Part shown: positions 1 to 8,759 of the stretch, one piece after another
How the letters are laid out: each line of letters begins with the position of its first letter
How positions within the stretch are numbered: position 1 is the first letter of the stretch
From: Escherichia phage NicoleGrasset_Bas72
Length of the DNA stretch: 43,746 bases
Reading direction: 5' to 3' (one strand)
Sequence record: PQ850621.1
The notes under the pieces: generated by a model
Database searches by the model: none
What the model was told of the DNA's origin: nothing
The model's input: only the letters and a program-made list of their open reading frames with translations
Made by a program: the position numbers and the translations under genes

Positions 1-549
1 GTGCGCTCTGATGGTCAGACGCATATGCAAGGGGATTCTATGAAGCTGAAACTTAAGCAGCCATCGCCAGAGGTGGTACAAGCTGCACATGAAGAAGCTG
101 TTAGCGCAAACCGTCGCCGTAAACGACCGCGCGGTAAACAGAGCCTTTATCAATCATCCCGTAATTCCGCCGCGTTGTGGGACCCGGGCTATTGCGATGC
201 ACTAATCGAGTTCTTCGACCGCACGTCGTGGGAGCTTGTGCCTACGTCTAAGGGTGACGAACGCCCGCTGATTCAGGATAAACCACCGTCACTGGCCCGC
301 TTCGCCTTACACATCGGAGTCACTATCCCGATTATTAAGCTTTGGCTGCGTGAGATTCCCGCATTTGCAGAAGCCTATGAAACGGCGCAGGCGCTGGAAG
401 AGGCGTACTTCACCGAGACAGGGGCCGCAGGTATCTCTGCTACGTTTGCTGCTGCGAAACTGGGGTTGAATAAAACAGTTGTCGCCGAAGAAGTACGCGA
501 CGAGCCAATCAGCGAAGTAACAATTAAGGTGGTGTCCGGTGAACGTTAA
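1..549 (+). CDS. putative terminase small subunit; ORF is open to the window edge, likely ATG start at 25 or 40
   Basis: ORF directly upstream of and overlapping the large terminase; basic stretch RRRKRPRGK; call is by position, no diagnostic motif recognised. Confidence 0.45.
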   Translation: MRSDGQTHMQGDSMKLKLKQPSPEVVQAAHEEAVSANRRRKRPRGKQSLYQSSRNSAALWDPGYCDALIEFFDRTSWELVPTSKGDERPLIQDKPPSLARFALHIGVTIPIIKLWLREIPAFAEAYETAQALEEAYFTETGAAGISATFAAAKLGLNKTVVAEEVRDEPISEVTIKVVSGER

Positions 550-1810
550 TATCACGGCAACGGAGCCGCAAGGCGCGTTTCTCGGTATGCATTGCAAGTT
601 TCCGGCATTCGTAGCTGGCTTCGGTACGGGTAAATCCGAAGTTATGTGCAACTCTGCACTACTCGACAGCATGGAAGGTGGTAGCGATTCTATCATCGCC
701 ATGTATGAGCCGACTTATGACCTGGTGCGCCTCATCCTTGCACCGCGTATGGAAGAAAAGCTCACCGACTGGGGTATCCGGTACAAATACAACAAGTCTG
801 ACAACATAATCTATACGTCTTCCGGACAATTTGGGGATTTTGTTCTGCGTACACTTGATAATCCAGCACGAATCGTTGGCTACGAATCGTTTCGTGCGAA
901 AATCGACGAGTTGGACACACTTAACATGGAGCACGCCGAGCACGCGTGGAACAAAGTCATCGCCCGTAACCGCCAGTTGCCGCGGACATATAAACCTATT
1001 ACACCGAAACCTGCTAATACCGTTTCCGTGTTCACTACCCCGGAAGGATTCCGTTTCGTACATGACCGCTGGGTAGTCAAAAAGAATCCAGGCTACGAGA
1101 TGATTCAGGCGTCCACCCTGTCTAACCCGTTCCTGCCAGAAGATTATGTGCAGTCGTTACGCGACACATACCCAGGTCAGTTGATTGACGCCTACATCAA
1201 CGGCGAGTTCGTCAACCTGACGGCGGGGACTGTCTATTACGCCTATGACCGCAGGAAAAACAGCAGCCGCGAAACAATAAAACCAGGCGAGACTCTGTAT
1301 ATCGGGCAGGACTTTAACGTAGGCCACATGGCTAGTACAGTTTACGTGCAACGTGGCAAAGTCTGGCATGCAGTCGCCGAGTTGGTGGATATGTTCGATA
1401 CGCCCGATGTGGTGAGAGCCGTAACAGAGCGCTGGAAAAGTAAGGGCCACTATATCGTTATGTACCCCGACGCAAGCGGTAAAAACCGTAAAAGTAACAA
1501 CGCCAGCACATCTGATATTGCCCAGTTACAGCAGGCCGGCTTCGAAGTGCGCGCTAAATCGACAAACCCACCGGTTAAAGACCGCGTAGCGGCGATGAAT
1601 AAGGCGCTTGAATCTGGTATGGTCATGATTAATGAACAGGCTTGCCCTGTTACCGCACGATGCCTGGAGCAACAGGCTTACGACAAGAACGGCGAACCGG
1701 ATAAATCAGGCGGTGTGGACCACCAGAATGATGGAACCACATACCCTATCGCGTATGAAATGCCGATTCGCAAACCAGTTATTAACGTCCCGGTGACTTT
1801 CGCACTTTAA
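539..1810 (+). CDS. terL: terminase large subunit
   Basis: 423 aa; GTG start with AAGGTGG SD 8 nt upstream; Walker A-like GFGTGKS near N-terminus; followed by portal-sized ORF. Confidence 0.8.
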   Translation: MNVNITATEPQGAFLGMHCKFPAFVAGFGTGKSEVMCNSALLDSMEGGSDSIIAMYEPTYDLVRLILAPRMEEKLTDWGIRYKYNKSDNIIYTSSGQFGDFVLRTLDNPARIVGYESFRAKIDELDTLNMEHAEHAWNKVIARNRQLPRTYKPITPKPANTVSVFTTPEGFRFVHDRWVVKKNPGYEMIQASTLSNPFLPEDYVQSLRDTYPGQLIDAYINGEFVNLTAGTVYYAYDRRKNSSRETIKPGETLYIGQDFNVGHMASTVYVQRGKVWHAVAELVDMFDTPDVVRAVTERWKSKGHYIVMYPDASGKNRKSNNASTSDIAQLQQAGFEVRAKSTNPPVKDRVAAMNKALESGMVMINEQACPVTARCLEQQAYDKNGEPDKSGGVDHQNDGTTYPIAYEMPIRKPVINVPVTFAL

Positions 1811-1822
1811 GAGGATTATTCA

Positions 1823-3304
1823 ATGTTAACTATGAACGGTCAGAATCAGGGTGTTAAGACAAAACACCGGGAATGGCTGCATCACTTCGATAAATGGCAG
1901 AAGGTACGCCACGCTCTTGAAGGCGACCTTATCCGCTATCTGCGCAACGTCGGGAAGAACGAGCCTGACCAGACCTACGCAGCACAGCGACAGGAAGAAT
2001 ACGAGAACGGCGCTATCTGCTACAATTTCACCAAACGCACGCTGGCGGGGATGACGGGGTCAGTGATGCGCAAAGACCCTGAGCAGATTATCCCGCCTGA
2101 ACTTGAGTACCTGTTGCACAACGCTGACGGTTCAGGTGTCGGGCTGTGGCAGCACGCGCAGGATACGCTGATGGAGATTAACTCGATAGGCCGTGGCGGG
2201 TTGCTGGTGGACGCCCCGGAAACAGCCGCAGCAACGGCGGCAGAGCAGAACGCGGGATTATTAAACCCGGTAATCGCATTCTATACCGCGGAGAACATTA
2301 TCAACTGGAGACTCACCCGCATCGGTTCAGTGAACCGCGTGACGATGGTTGTATTGCGTGAGGCATGGGAATACTCGGAACCAGGCGCTGAGTTTGAAAC
2401 AAAATTCGGCGAGCAATACCGCGTCCTTGACCTGATTGACGGTCGCTACCGCCAGCGCATCTACCGCTTCGATGCCGAAGGTGGCGCACAGGATGAAGTA
2501 ATCGAAATCTTCCCGGAACTCGGCGAACAGTTGCGCGGTAAAATCCCGTTCACGTTCATTGGCGCAAGCAACAACGACGCCACTATAGACGATGCGCCTT
2601 TACTGCCGTTATCTGAGCTAAATATAGGACACTTCAGAAATTCGGCCGATGTGGAAGAGGCCAGCTTTATAGTAGGTCAACCGACACTGTTCATTGCCCC
2701 CGGCGAGAACATGAGCATGGAGCAGTGGAAAGAAGCCAACCCACACGGCATACGCATGGGGTCGCGTTCAGGCCACAACATCGGCTCCGGCGGAAATGCG
2801 TTTCTGGTTCAGGCGGCGGAAACTAACCTCGCCAAACAGAACATGCTGGATAAAGAGAATCAGGCCATCCAGATTGGCGCGCAGCTTATCACCCCGACGC
2901 AGCAAATCACCGCGGAATCGGCCCGCCTGCAACGCGGCGCCGACACGTCAGTCATGGCAACAATAGCACGTAATGTAAGCATGGCGTATACCGATGCGTT
3001 GCGCTGGGTTGCGGGTATGCTTGGGCTTAGTGAAGATACTGAGATTGAGTTCAAGCTGAATATGGAATTCTTCCTGCAACCTATGACAGCTCAGGACCGC
3101 GCTCAGTGGATGGCGGATATTAACGCTGGCCTGCTACCCGCCACCGCTTACTATGCTGCGTTGCGCAAGGCAGGTGTGACTGACTGGACAGATGAGGACA
3201 TTCAGAACGCTATTGAAGACGCACCTCTGCCGTTGGGTTCTGTTGCTCAGGTAGCGGGAGAGATTCCGCAGTCGGCGCAGCAACAGGACACCACTCAGCA
3301 GTAA
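1823..3304 (+). CDS. portal protein
   Basis: 493 aa ORF immediately after terminase, AAGAGG SD; acidic Q-rich C-terminus; canonical gene order. Confidence 0.7.
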   Translation: MLTMNGQNQGVKTKHREWLHHFDKWQKVRHALEGDLIRYLRNVGKNEPDQTYAAQRQEEYENGAICYNFTKRTLAGMTGSVMRKDPEQIIPPELEYLLHNADGSGVGLWQHAQDTLMEINSIGRGGLLVDAPETAAATAAEQNAGLLNPVIAFYTAENIINWRLTRIGSVNRVTMVVLREAWEYSEPGAEFETKFGEQYRVLDLIDGRYRQRIYRFDAEGGAQDEVIEIFPELGEQLRGKIPFTFIGASNNDATIDDAPLLPLSELNIGHFRNSADVEEASFIVGQPTLFIAPGENMSMEQWKEANPHGIRMGSRSGHNIGSGGNAFLVQAAETNLAKQNMLDKENQAIQIGAQLITPTQQITAESARLQRGADTSVMATIARNVSMAYTDALRWVAGMLGLSEDTEIEFKLNMEFFLQPMTAQDRAQWMADINAGLLPATAYYAALRKAGVTDWTDEDIQNAIEDAPLPLGSVAQVAGEIPQSAQQQDTTQQ

Positions 3305-3312
3305 GTTCACCT

Positions 3313-3336
3313 ATAGCCCCGAAAGGGGCTTTCTTA
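3313..3336 (+). terminator. hairpin plus short T-tract between portal and head-morphogenesis genes (attenuator-like)
   Basis: AGCCCC gaaa GGGGCT then TTCTT. Confidence 0.35.
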
Positions 3337-3340
3337 TAGT

Positions 3341-4417
3341 ATGCTATTAACTTTAGCGCCACAGGGTTTATCTATGAGCTTACTTACATCCCTAATCAGC
3401 CATCAGATATGGCTGCAACGCACCGCATCCGGTGAAGTGAAAGACCTCACGCCGTTCATTCAGGAGATAAGGGATGAAATCAAACGGCAGGTGCTGTTAT
3501 TCGGTGACGACGGTCGCAGCACTGCGCGACTGAATAAACTGTTACGCGACCTGGAAGAAGCACTAACCGGTATTACGGGTGACTGGCAAACAAAGCTAAC
3601 AGACGACCTTAAGGAACTGGCGGCGTACGAGGCTGAGTGGAACGTAAAGACACTGACCGCCAACGTAGACGCGGAATTTGTTACGCCTACCGCTGAGCAG
3701 GTATGGGCCGCTGCCGAGTTTCAACCATTATCATTGAGCGACAAGCCCGTTGATTTCACCAAGCTGATGTCTGGATGGGGCGAAACGGAAGTAGCACGTC
3801 TTGTAACTGGAGTTAAGATGGGCTTTGTGCAAGGTCAAACCACACGGCAGATTGTTAAGAATGTTGTTGGCGCTGGTGGACTAGCCGACATCTCAGAACG
3901 TAACGCGACTACGGTAATCCGCACCGCGCTGTCCCACGTATCCAACGAGGCCCGTAACGAGACGTACCGCCAGAACGACGACATCATCGAGAAGTACGAG
4001 TGGGTGTCAACGCTTGACAGCCGCACCAGTACGATTTGCAGGGTCAGAGACGGGATGACGTGGGAAATTGGTAAGGGGCCGATGCCCCCAGCCCATCCGA
4101 ACTGCCGGTCGTGCACGGCTCCGGTAATCAGTTCCGAGTTCGACTTCCTCGATAAAGGCGCAAAACGCGCGGCTAAAGGCGCGGAAGGTGGCACTCAGGT
4201 AAGCGCAGACACCACTTACTACGAGTTCCTTAAACAACAACCGGCGTGGTTTCAGGACCAGGCGCTCGGCCCGGTGCGAGGTAAGATTTTCCGTAACAGC
4301 GGTATATCGCCGGAAGAGTTTCGCGTAATATCTGTAGATGGTTTCGGGAATCCGCTCACGCTTAAGCAGATGGCGGAACTCGATAAACGTGTTGCTGATT
4401 ATCTGAAAGGGGAATAA
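3341..4417 (+). CDS. head morphogenesis protein (Mu F / SPP1 gp7-like)
   Basis: 358 aa ORF after portal; canonical position; family assignment from memory of this module, not from a search. Confidence 0.6.
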   Translation: MLLTLAPQGLSMSLLTSLISHQIWLQRTASGEVKDLTPFIQEIRDEIKRQVLLFGDDGRSTARLNKLLRDLEEALTGITGDWQTKLTDDLKELAAYEAEWNVKTLTANVDAEFVTPTAEQVWAAAEFQPLSLSDKPVDFTKLMSGWGETEVARLVTGVKMGFVQGQTTRQIVKNVVGAGGLADISERNATTVIRTALSHVSNEARNETYRQNDDIIEKYEWVSTLDSRTSTICRVRDGMTWEIGKGPMPPAHPNCRSCTAPVISSEFDFLDKGAKRAAKGAEGGTQVSADTTYYEFLKQQPAWFQDQALGPVRGKIFRNSGISPEEFRVISVDGFGNPLTLKQMAELDKRVADYLKGE

Positions 4418-4878
4418 TGATGGGCTTTTTCAAAGTAACTGACGTACCGTCTCGTCGCGTAGTCCAGTACGCCCGCGTGTCTGGCTCTGGCGAGAACGTG
4501 GTATTTATTGAGGACGAAAGTGTACTCGGTACACCGGTAGATGATATGCCGTTTGCAGATAAAACCGGTATTGCGTTGCCCGCCGCCGGTATGCTTTATG
4601 AAATTCCGTATCTGGCGGACGCTGGCGACGTGTATTTCTCTGCGCAACCGCAGGACGCTGAACTGGCGGGCGGCAGCGCAACCATCACTGTCGAGGTTAA
4701 GGCAGGCAAAGCGCCGTATTCTCTGACCTGGTACAAAGACGGTAAGGAAGTGGTGAATGCGCCTGAGGAGGCTCTGTCTCTGACGGTTAATGCGGTCGGC
4801 GAATACTTCGTTAAAGTTACTGATGCCGATGGAGTAGAGGCGGTAAGCAAAGCGGCGAAGGTTACTAAGCCAGAATGA
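4417..4878 (+). CDS. Ig-like domain protein (head-associated)
   Basis: ATGA overlap with upstream gene; C-terminal segment PYSLTWYKDGKEV...GEYFVKVTDADG resembles Ig-like (Big/I-set) fold and is paralogous to 8190-8540. Confidence 0.55.
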   Translation: MMGFFKVTDVPSRRVVQYARVSGSGENVVFIEDESVLGTPVDDMPFADKTGIALPAAGMLYEIPYLADAGDVYFSAQPQDAELAGGSATITVEVKAGKAPYSLTWYKDGKEVVNAPEEALSLTVNAVGEYFVKVTDADGVEAVSKAAKVTKPE

Positions 4879-4880
4879 TA

Positions 4881-4909
4881 AAAGGCCCCATTATGGGGCC
4901 TTAGTTTTC
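4881..4909. terminator. rho-independent terminator, likely bidirectional
   Basis: AGGCCCCA tta TGGGGCCT then TAGTTTT; A-run on the other side; between convergent genes. Confidence 0.6.
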
Positions 4910-5111
4910 AACGGAATCTTGTGTTTAAATCCTGCTCATGGACAACCCTCAGAACAGTGTCATAATCCCCGTATCTTCCAGGTTCAAATATATCTAATGC
5001 CTTGTAAGCAGACATTGCGTCAGGGAAAACCTGCAGAACCTTTTTAACCCGGCACAAGTCACCGTCGAACTCTTCATCGAACTCTTGAACTACTTCGCAA
5101 ATTGCATACAT
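4908..5111 (-). CDS. hypothetical protein, 67 aa, acidic
   Basis: ATG with AGGAGGTG SD; sits between bidirectional terminator 4881-4909 and minus-strand promoter 5139-5167. Confidence 0.5.
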   Translation of the reverse strand: MYAICEVVQEFDEEFDGDLCRVKKVLQVFPDAMSAYKALDIFEPGRYGDYDTVLRVVHEQDLNTRFR

Positions 5112-5138
5112 TTTTCACCTCCTGTTTAAGTTAACTGA

Positions 5139-5167
5139 ATAGTACCCTATTATATTGGGGTGTGCAA
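5139..5167 (-). promoter_or_regulatory. promoter, TTGCAC-N17-TACTAT family
   Basis: On minus strand: TTGCAC, 17-nt spacer accccaatataataggg, TACTAT; drives 4908-5111. Confidence 0.55.
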
Positions 5168-5242
5168 ACTATTTATTTACGTATTCCATTTATTCCACTA
5201 AATTGTAAATATTGGAATAAACTATTCGAATAGTTGACTTTT

Positions 5243-5271
5243 CACTGAAAATGTGCTAAGCTCCACCTGAG
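5243..5271 (+). promoter_or_regulatory. promoter candidate TTGACT-N17-TAAGCT overlapped by a 16-bp palindrome
   Basis: -35 TTGACT at 5243-5248, -10 TAAGCT at 5266-5271; palindrome AACTATTCGAATAGTT at 5229-5244 overlaps the -35. Confidence 0.35.
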
Positions 5272-5439
5272 CTTGTGAAGTATGAACAAGCGACCGCGGC
5301 GCGGGCAGGTAACGGAGCGGGACGTAAGTCCTGAGTGTAGTTACGCTGACGCGTTCGGAAGGGCCATACTCTATTGCTTGTGTAAAAAGTAACAGGTTTA
5401 CTTAGATTACGCCGTTTCTATGTTTAAATGATAAGGACT

Positions 5440-5470
5440 AGCGCCCTGCTTTAAGGCAGGGCTTTACTTA
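5440..5470 (+). terminator. terminator-like hairpin upstream of the spanin genes
   Basis: GCCCTGC tttaag GCAGGGC then TTTACTTA. Confidence 0.4.
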
Positions 5471-5486
5471 TCGAGAAAGGAGAAAC

Positions 5487-5873
5487 ATGAATCTTAAAGC
5501 AACTGTCGTAGCGGGAGCATGTTTCATCATCCTGGCTTACACACACGGCATCTACCAGTACCGCATCGGCTGGAACGAAGGCCGGGCGAATCTCGTTTCT
5601 CAGCAACAGCAGAAAGCACAGGCCGAGATGACTAAGAAAACACAACGGCAGCAGCAGGACGAATCAAAGGCCGCAGCCGCTGACAACGAAGGCAAGACGA
5701 AATCAGAGGTGATCACCCGTGAAGTCGTTAAGTACATTAAAACGCCTGGTCGCAGCGGGTGCACTTTTGACCCTGAGCGCGTGCAGCTCAAGTCCCGCGC
5801 CGTCGCAAACGCTAATTCCATTACCGGATACGACGATGATGCAGCCTCCGTGCAAACTGGCAGCGCCAAGTAG
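5487..5873 (+). CDS. putative i-spanin (Rz-like)
   Basis: AAGGAG SD; N-terminal TM segment ATVVAGACFIILAYTHGIY followed by Q/K/E-rich coiled-coil-like periplasmic region; contains an embedded lipoprotein ORF in another frame. Confidence 0.6.
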   Translation: MNLKATVVAGACFIILAYTHGIYQYRIGWNEGRANLVSQQQQKAQAEMTKKTQRQQQDESKAAAADNEGKTKSEVITREVVKYIKTPGRSGCTFDPERVQLKSRAVANANSITGYDDDAASVQTGSAK

Positions 5874-5982
5874 CGATGCTGACGAGGATTTGGCTATAGA
5901 CGTTCAGAACGCCGAATGCGTGCGGCAACTGCGTCTGAAAGTATTCCAGTTGCAGGATTATGTGAGGAATATTCTGGAATAG
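5719..5982 (+). CDS. putative o-spanin (Rz1-like outer-membrane lipoprotein), GTG start
   Basis: Signal peptide with lipobox LSAC (MKSLSTLKRLVAAGALLTLSAC), Pro-rich mature region; starts inside 5487-5873 in a different frame and extends past it. Confidence 0.55.
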   Translation: MKSLSTLKRLVAAGALLTLSACSSSPAPSQTLIPLPDTTMMQPPCKLAAPSSDADEDLAIDVQNAECVRQLRLKVFQLQDYVRNILE

Positions 5983-6064
5983 TTGCCTTGCATGTTGGAA
6001 TAATTTATTCTTGACATGTAAATCCGGGTGGCCCGGGTTCCAACGTCCAGGGGACATACTGACT

Positions 6065-6766
6065 ATGAATCGTTTTTTACGTTATCCGTTCCAGGAAGAA
6101 GCTGGGGCAGAAGATAAAGCTGGTGGCGGTGACGCGCCGAAAATGTTCACCGCTGAAGAAGTTCAGGCGCTGATTGAGAAAGAAGTTGCCGGGCTTAAGG
6201 CTAATCAGGAAGCATTGTTGGCGGAGAAGAAAGAAGCCGCTCGCAAAGCAAAAGAGGCCGAAGAAGAACGGCAGCGCGCGCACCAGGAGGCGTTAAAAGC
6301 CGCTGGTAAGATGGATGAGTTCGAAAAGACGATTCGTAGCCAGTATGACCCGGTGTTAGCCGAGAAAGACGGTCGCATCTCCAGAATGGCAGAGCGTATC
6401 CTCGGCAGCGAACGTAAAGCGGTGCTAGGCTCTTTCGCGGGTGACTTTATTACCCCAGAAGCAGTGGACATTCTTGCGCCGTTCGTTAAGACTGAGTTCG
6501 AAGGCGATGATGTGGTTACTAAGTTTGTTGGTGCAGACGGTAACGTAATCACGACTGACCCGGAACAGTTCCGCAAATACCTGCGCGAACACAAGGCGTT
6601 TTCGCATTTGATCAAAGCAAATGCAGCTTCCGGCGGCGGGGCTTCCGGTAGCAAAGGCGGCGGGGCCGCACCAGCGTTTAAAGACATGAGTGAAGCAGAG
6701 CGTTTAGCCCTGTATAAATCGAACCCTGCCGAATTTGAACGGCAACTTAAAGCCCTGAGGAAATAA
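6065..6766 (+). CDS. putative capsid scaffolding protein
   Basis: A/E/K-rich helical sequence (EALLAEKKEAARKAKEAEEERQRAHQEALKAAGK) directly upstream of major capsid gene; first in-frame ATG is at 6065. Confidence 0.6.
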   Translation: MNRFLRYPFQEEAGAEDKAGGGDAPKMFTAEEVQALIEKEVAGLKANQEALLAEKKEAARKAKEAEEERQRAHQEALKAAGKMDEFEKTIRSQYDPVLAEKDGRISRMAERILGSERKAVLGSFAGDFITPEAVDILAPFVKTEFEGDDVVTKFVGADGNVITTDPEQFRKYLREHKAFSHLIKANAASGGGASGSKGGGAAPAFKDMSEAERLALYKSNPAEFERQLKALRK

Positions 6767-6768
6767 TA

Positions 6769-7818
6769 ATGGCAATTACCACTATCGGCGATATCGTAAC
6801 TGGCAACATCCCGGTCCTGGCGTCTTATATGACCGAGGACCCGGTAGAAAAAACCGCGTTCTTCCAGTCTGGTATTCTGACCCCGACCCCATACGCCGCC
6901 GAGATTGCCCGCGGCCCGTCCAACGTCGCTAATATTCCTTTCTGGAAAGCGATTGATACCTCTATCGAGCCGAACTACTCGAACGACGTATACCAGGACA
7001 TCGCCACCCCGCGTAACGTGCAGACCGGCGAGATGATGGCCCGCGTTGCATACCTGAACGAAGGTTTCGGTCAGGCGGATTTGACTGTCGAACTGACCAG
7101 CCAGAACCCGCTGCAATCCGTAGCGTCCCGTCTGGATAACTTCTGGCAGCGCCAGGCACAACGCCGTCTGATTGCTACCGCGCTCGGTCTGTACAACGAC
7201 AACGTAGCTGCTACCGATGCTTACCACGAGCAGAACGACATGGTTATCGACGTGTCTGCTACTCTGGGCTTCGATGTGGGCGCGTTCATCGACGCTACCC
7301 AGACTATGGGCGATGCTCTGATGGGCAACGGCGGTGAAGTGCTGGGGGCTATCGCGATGCATAGCTTCGTTTATGCGCAGGCACGTAAGCAGCAGCTTAT
7401 CGACTTCATCCGTGACGCGGACAACAACACCATGTTCGCCACCTACCAGGGCTACCGCGTGATTGTTGACGACAGCATGACCGTAGTCGGCACTGGCCCG
7501 ACCCGTAAGTTCATCTCCATCATCTTCGGCAACGGCGCTATCGGTTACGGTGAAGGTTCTCCGTCCAACCCGCTGGAATACGAGCGCGAAGCGTCCCGCG
7601 GCAACGGCGGCGGCGTTGAAACCCTGTGGACCCGTAAGACCTGGTTGCTACATCCGTTTGGTTACAGCTTCACCAGCGCAGTAATCACCGGTAACGGCAC
7701 CGAGACTGTCGCACGTTCTGCTTCCTGGCAGGACCTGGCGAACGCCTCTAACTGGAGCCGTGTTGTTGACCGTAAGCACGTACCGATTGCCTTCCTGGTA
7801 ACTGGTGTCGGTGCTTAA
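6769..7818 (+). CDS. major capsid protein
   Basis: 349 aa ORF with AGGAA SD after scaffold gene; followed by strong terminator 7834-7863, typical of a highly expressed capsid gene. Confidence 0.7.
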   Translation: MAITTIGDIVTGNIPVLASYMTEDPVEKTAFFQSGILTPTPYAAEIARGPSNVANIPFWKAIDTSIEPNYSNDVYQDIATPRNVQTGEMMARVAYLNEGFGQADLTVELTSQNPLQSVASRLDNFWQRQAQRRLIATALGLYNDNVAATDAYHEQNDMVIDVSATLGFDVGAFIDATQTMGDALMGNGGEVLGAIAMHSFVYAQARKQQLIDFIRDADNNTMFATYQGYRVIVDDSMTVVGTGPTRKFISIIFGNGAIGYGEGSPSNPLEYEREASRGNGGGVETLWTRKTWLLHPFGYSFTSAVITGNGTETVARSASWQDLANASNWSRVVDRKHVPIAFLVTGVGA

Positions 7819-7833
7819 GGTTAAGCTATAATC

Positions 7834-7863
7834 GAGAGGGACTTCGGTCCCTCTTTTCATTTA
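7834..7863 (+). terminator. rho-independent terminator after major capsid gene
   Basis: AGAGGGAC ttcg GTCCCTCT then TTTTCATTT. Confidence 0.7.
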
Positions 7864-7877
7864 CTAAGAGGTAAATT

Positions 7878-8177
7878 ATGGTCAAGACCGGAAAAGGCTT
7901 GCCGCGCAGCCTTCAGAATGTCGATTTCGGCGACTTTGATATCCCAGTCGCGCCTGCTACTACCAGCGTAGTTGGTGGGGTTAAAAAGTCAGCTACTGTA
8001 GCCGCACCTGCGGCGGTTACCGCTGGTAAAGGAGCGCAGTCCGCCGCGGCACCGACTAAGGGAGAGTTCGACGCCCTTGTAGCGGAGTACAACAAACTCC
8101 GAACCGATGTTACCGCGCTGCGCACTACCGTAGCAAATCTGTTGACTGCGCTTAAAAACGCAGGAACCGTAAGCTAA
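7878..8177 (+). CDS. hypothetical Ala-rich head-module protein
   Basis: AAGAGG SD; 99 aa; Ala/Thr/Val-rich with C-terminal helical segment. Confidence 0.55.
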   Translation: MVKTGKGLPRSLQNVDFGDFDIPVAPATTSVVGGVKKSATVAAPAAVTAGKGAQSAAAPTKGEFDALVAEYNKLRTDVTALRTTVANLLTALKNAGTVS

Positions 8178-8189
8178 AGGAGCTTAAAA

Positions 8190-8540
8190 ATGGTTGATGT
8201 AATCAAACGTCGTATTACCGGTGTTTCTGATGATTCTCCTGCCGATGGTCAGGTTGAAATCGATATGGCGAATATCTCGCCAGCGTCTTTTTCTACCGCG
8301 CTTGCGGCTACCACCGCAGTTACGGTGGGGCAGACTATGACTCTTACCGTAGTGGTAACTGGCGGTCTGGAGCCGTATTCCTACCAGTGGTACAAAGATA
8401 ACAACGCCATCGACGGAGCCACCGCAGCTACCTATGCGAAGGCGTCCACTACTACCGCAGATTCAGGCACGTATAAAGTGGTTGTTCACGATGTGTATGG
8501 TAATATTATCTCCAGCAGCACCGTAGCAACTGTGTCTTAA
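8190..8540 (+). CDS. Ig-like domain protein
   Basis: AAGGAG SD; segment PYSYQWYKDNNAIDGATAATY...SGTYKVVVHDVYG matches Ig-like pattern; paralog of 4417-4878. Confidence 0.6.
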   Translation: MVDVIKRRITGVSDDSPADGQVEIDMANISPASFSTALAATTAVTVGQTMTLTVVVTGGLEPYSYQWYKDNNAIDGATAATYAKASTTTADSGTYKVVVHDVYGNIISSSTVATVS

Positions 8541-8576
8541 TACAACGGCCCTTCGGGGCCGTAATAAGGAAAGGTC

Positions 8577-8756
8577 ATGGCAGATAATTACGTAATCCGC
8601 GAAAAGTATACCCACGTTGATATCGTTGACGGACAGGTGATGCCTGTTCGCGGTGTGGTAGAAGCGGATGAACTGGTTGCAACCCAACCAGACAATGAAG
8701 AAGCGCACAACAACGGCGGTGGTACTAAGCGTCGTCGCCGTAAGTCAGAGGAATAA
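8577..8756 (+). CDS. small hypothetical protein (59 aa)
   Basis: ATG with AAGGAAAGG SD; basic C-terminus GGGTKRRRRKSEE; not in the supplied ORF track (below length cutoff). Confidence 0.4.
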   Translation: MADNYVIREKYTHVDIVDGQVMPVRGVVEADELVATQPDNEEAHNNGGGTKRRRRKSEE

Positions 8757-8759
8757 TTT

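Noticed and set aside
307-1080. Minus-strand ORFs 307-702, 659-1063, 880-1080
   Set aside because: Antisense to the terminase genes; no start-site signals.
6205-7362. 385-aa minus-strand ORF
   Set aside because: Antisense to the scaffold and major capsid genes; no SD; composition is Ser/Arg/Ala-rich as expected for the reverse frame of GC-rich coding DNA.
8545-8562. Hairpin ACGGCCC ttcg GGGCCGT after 8190-8540 as a terminator
   Set aside because: No T-tract follows the stem, and the next gene's SD is immediately downstream; more likely an mRNA stability element than a terminator.
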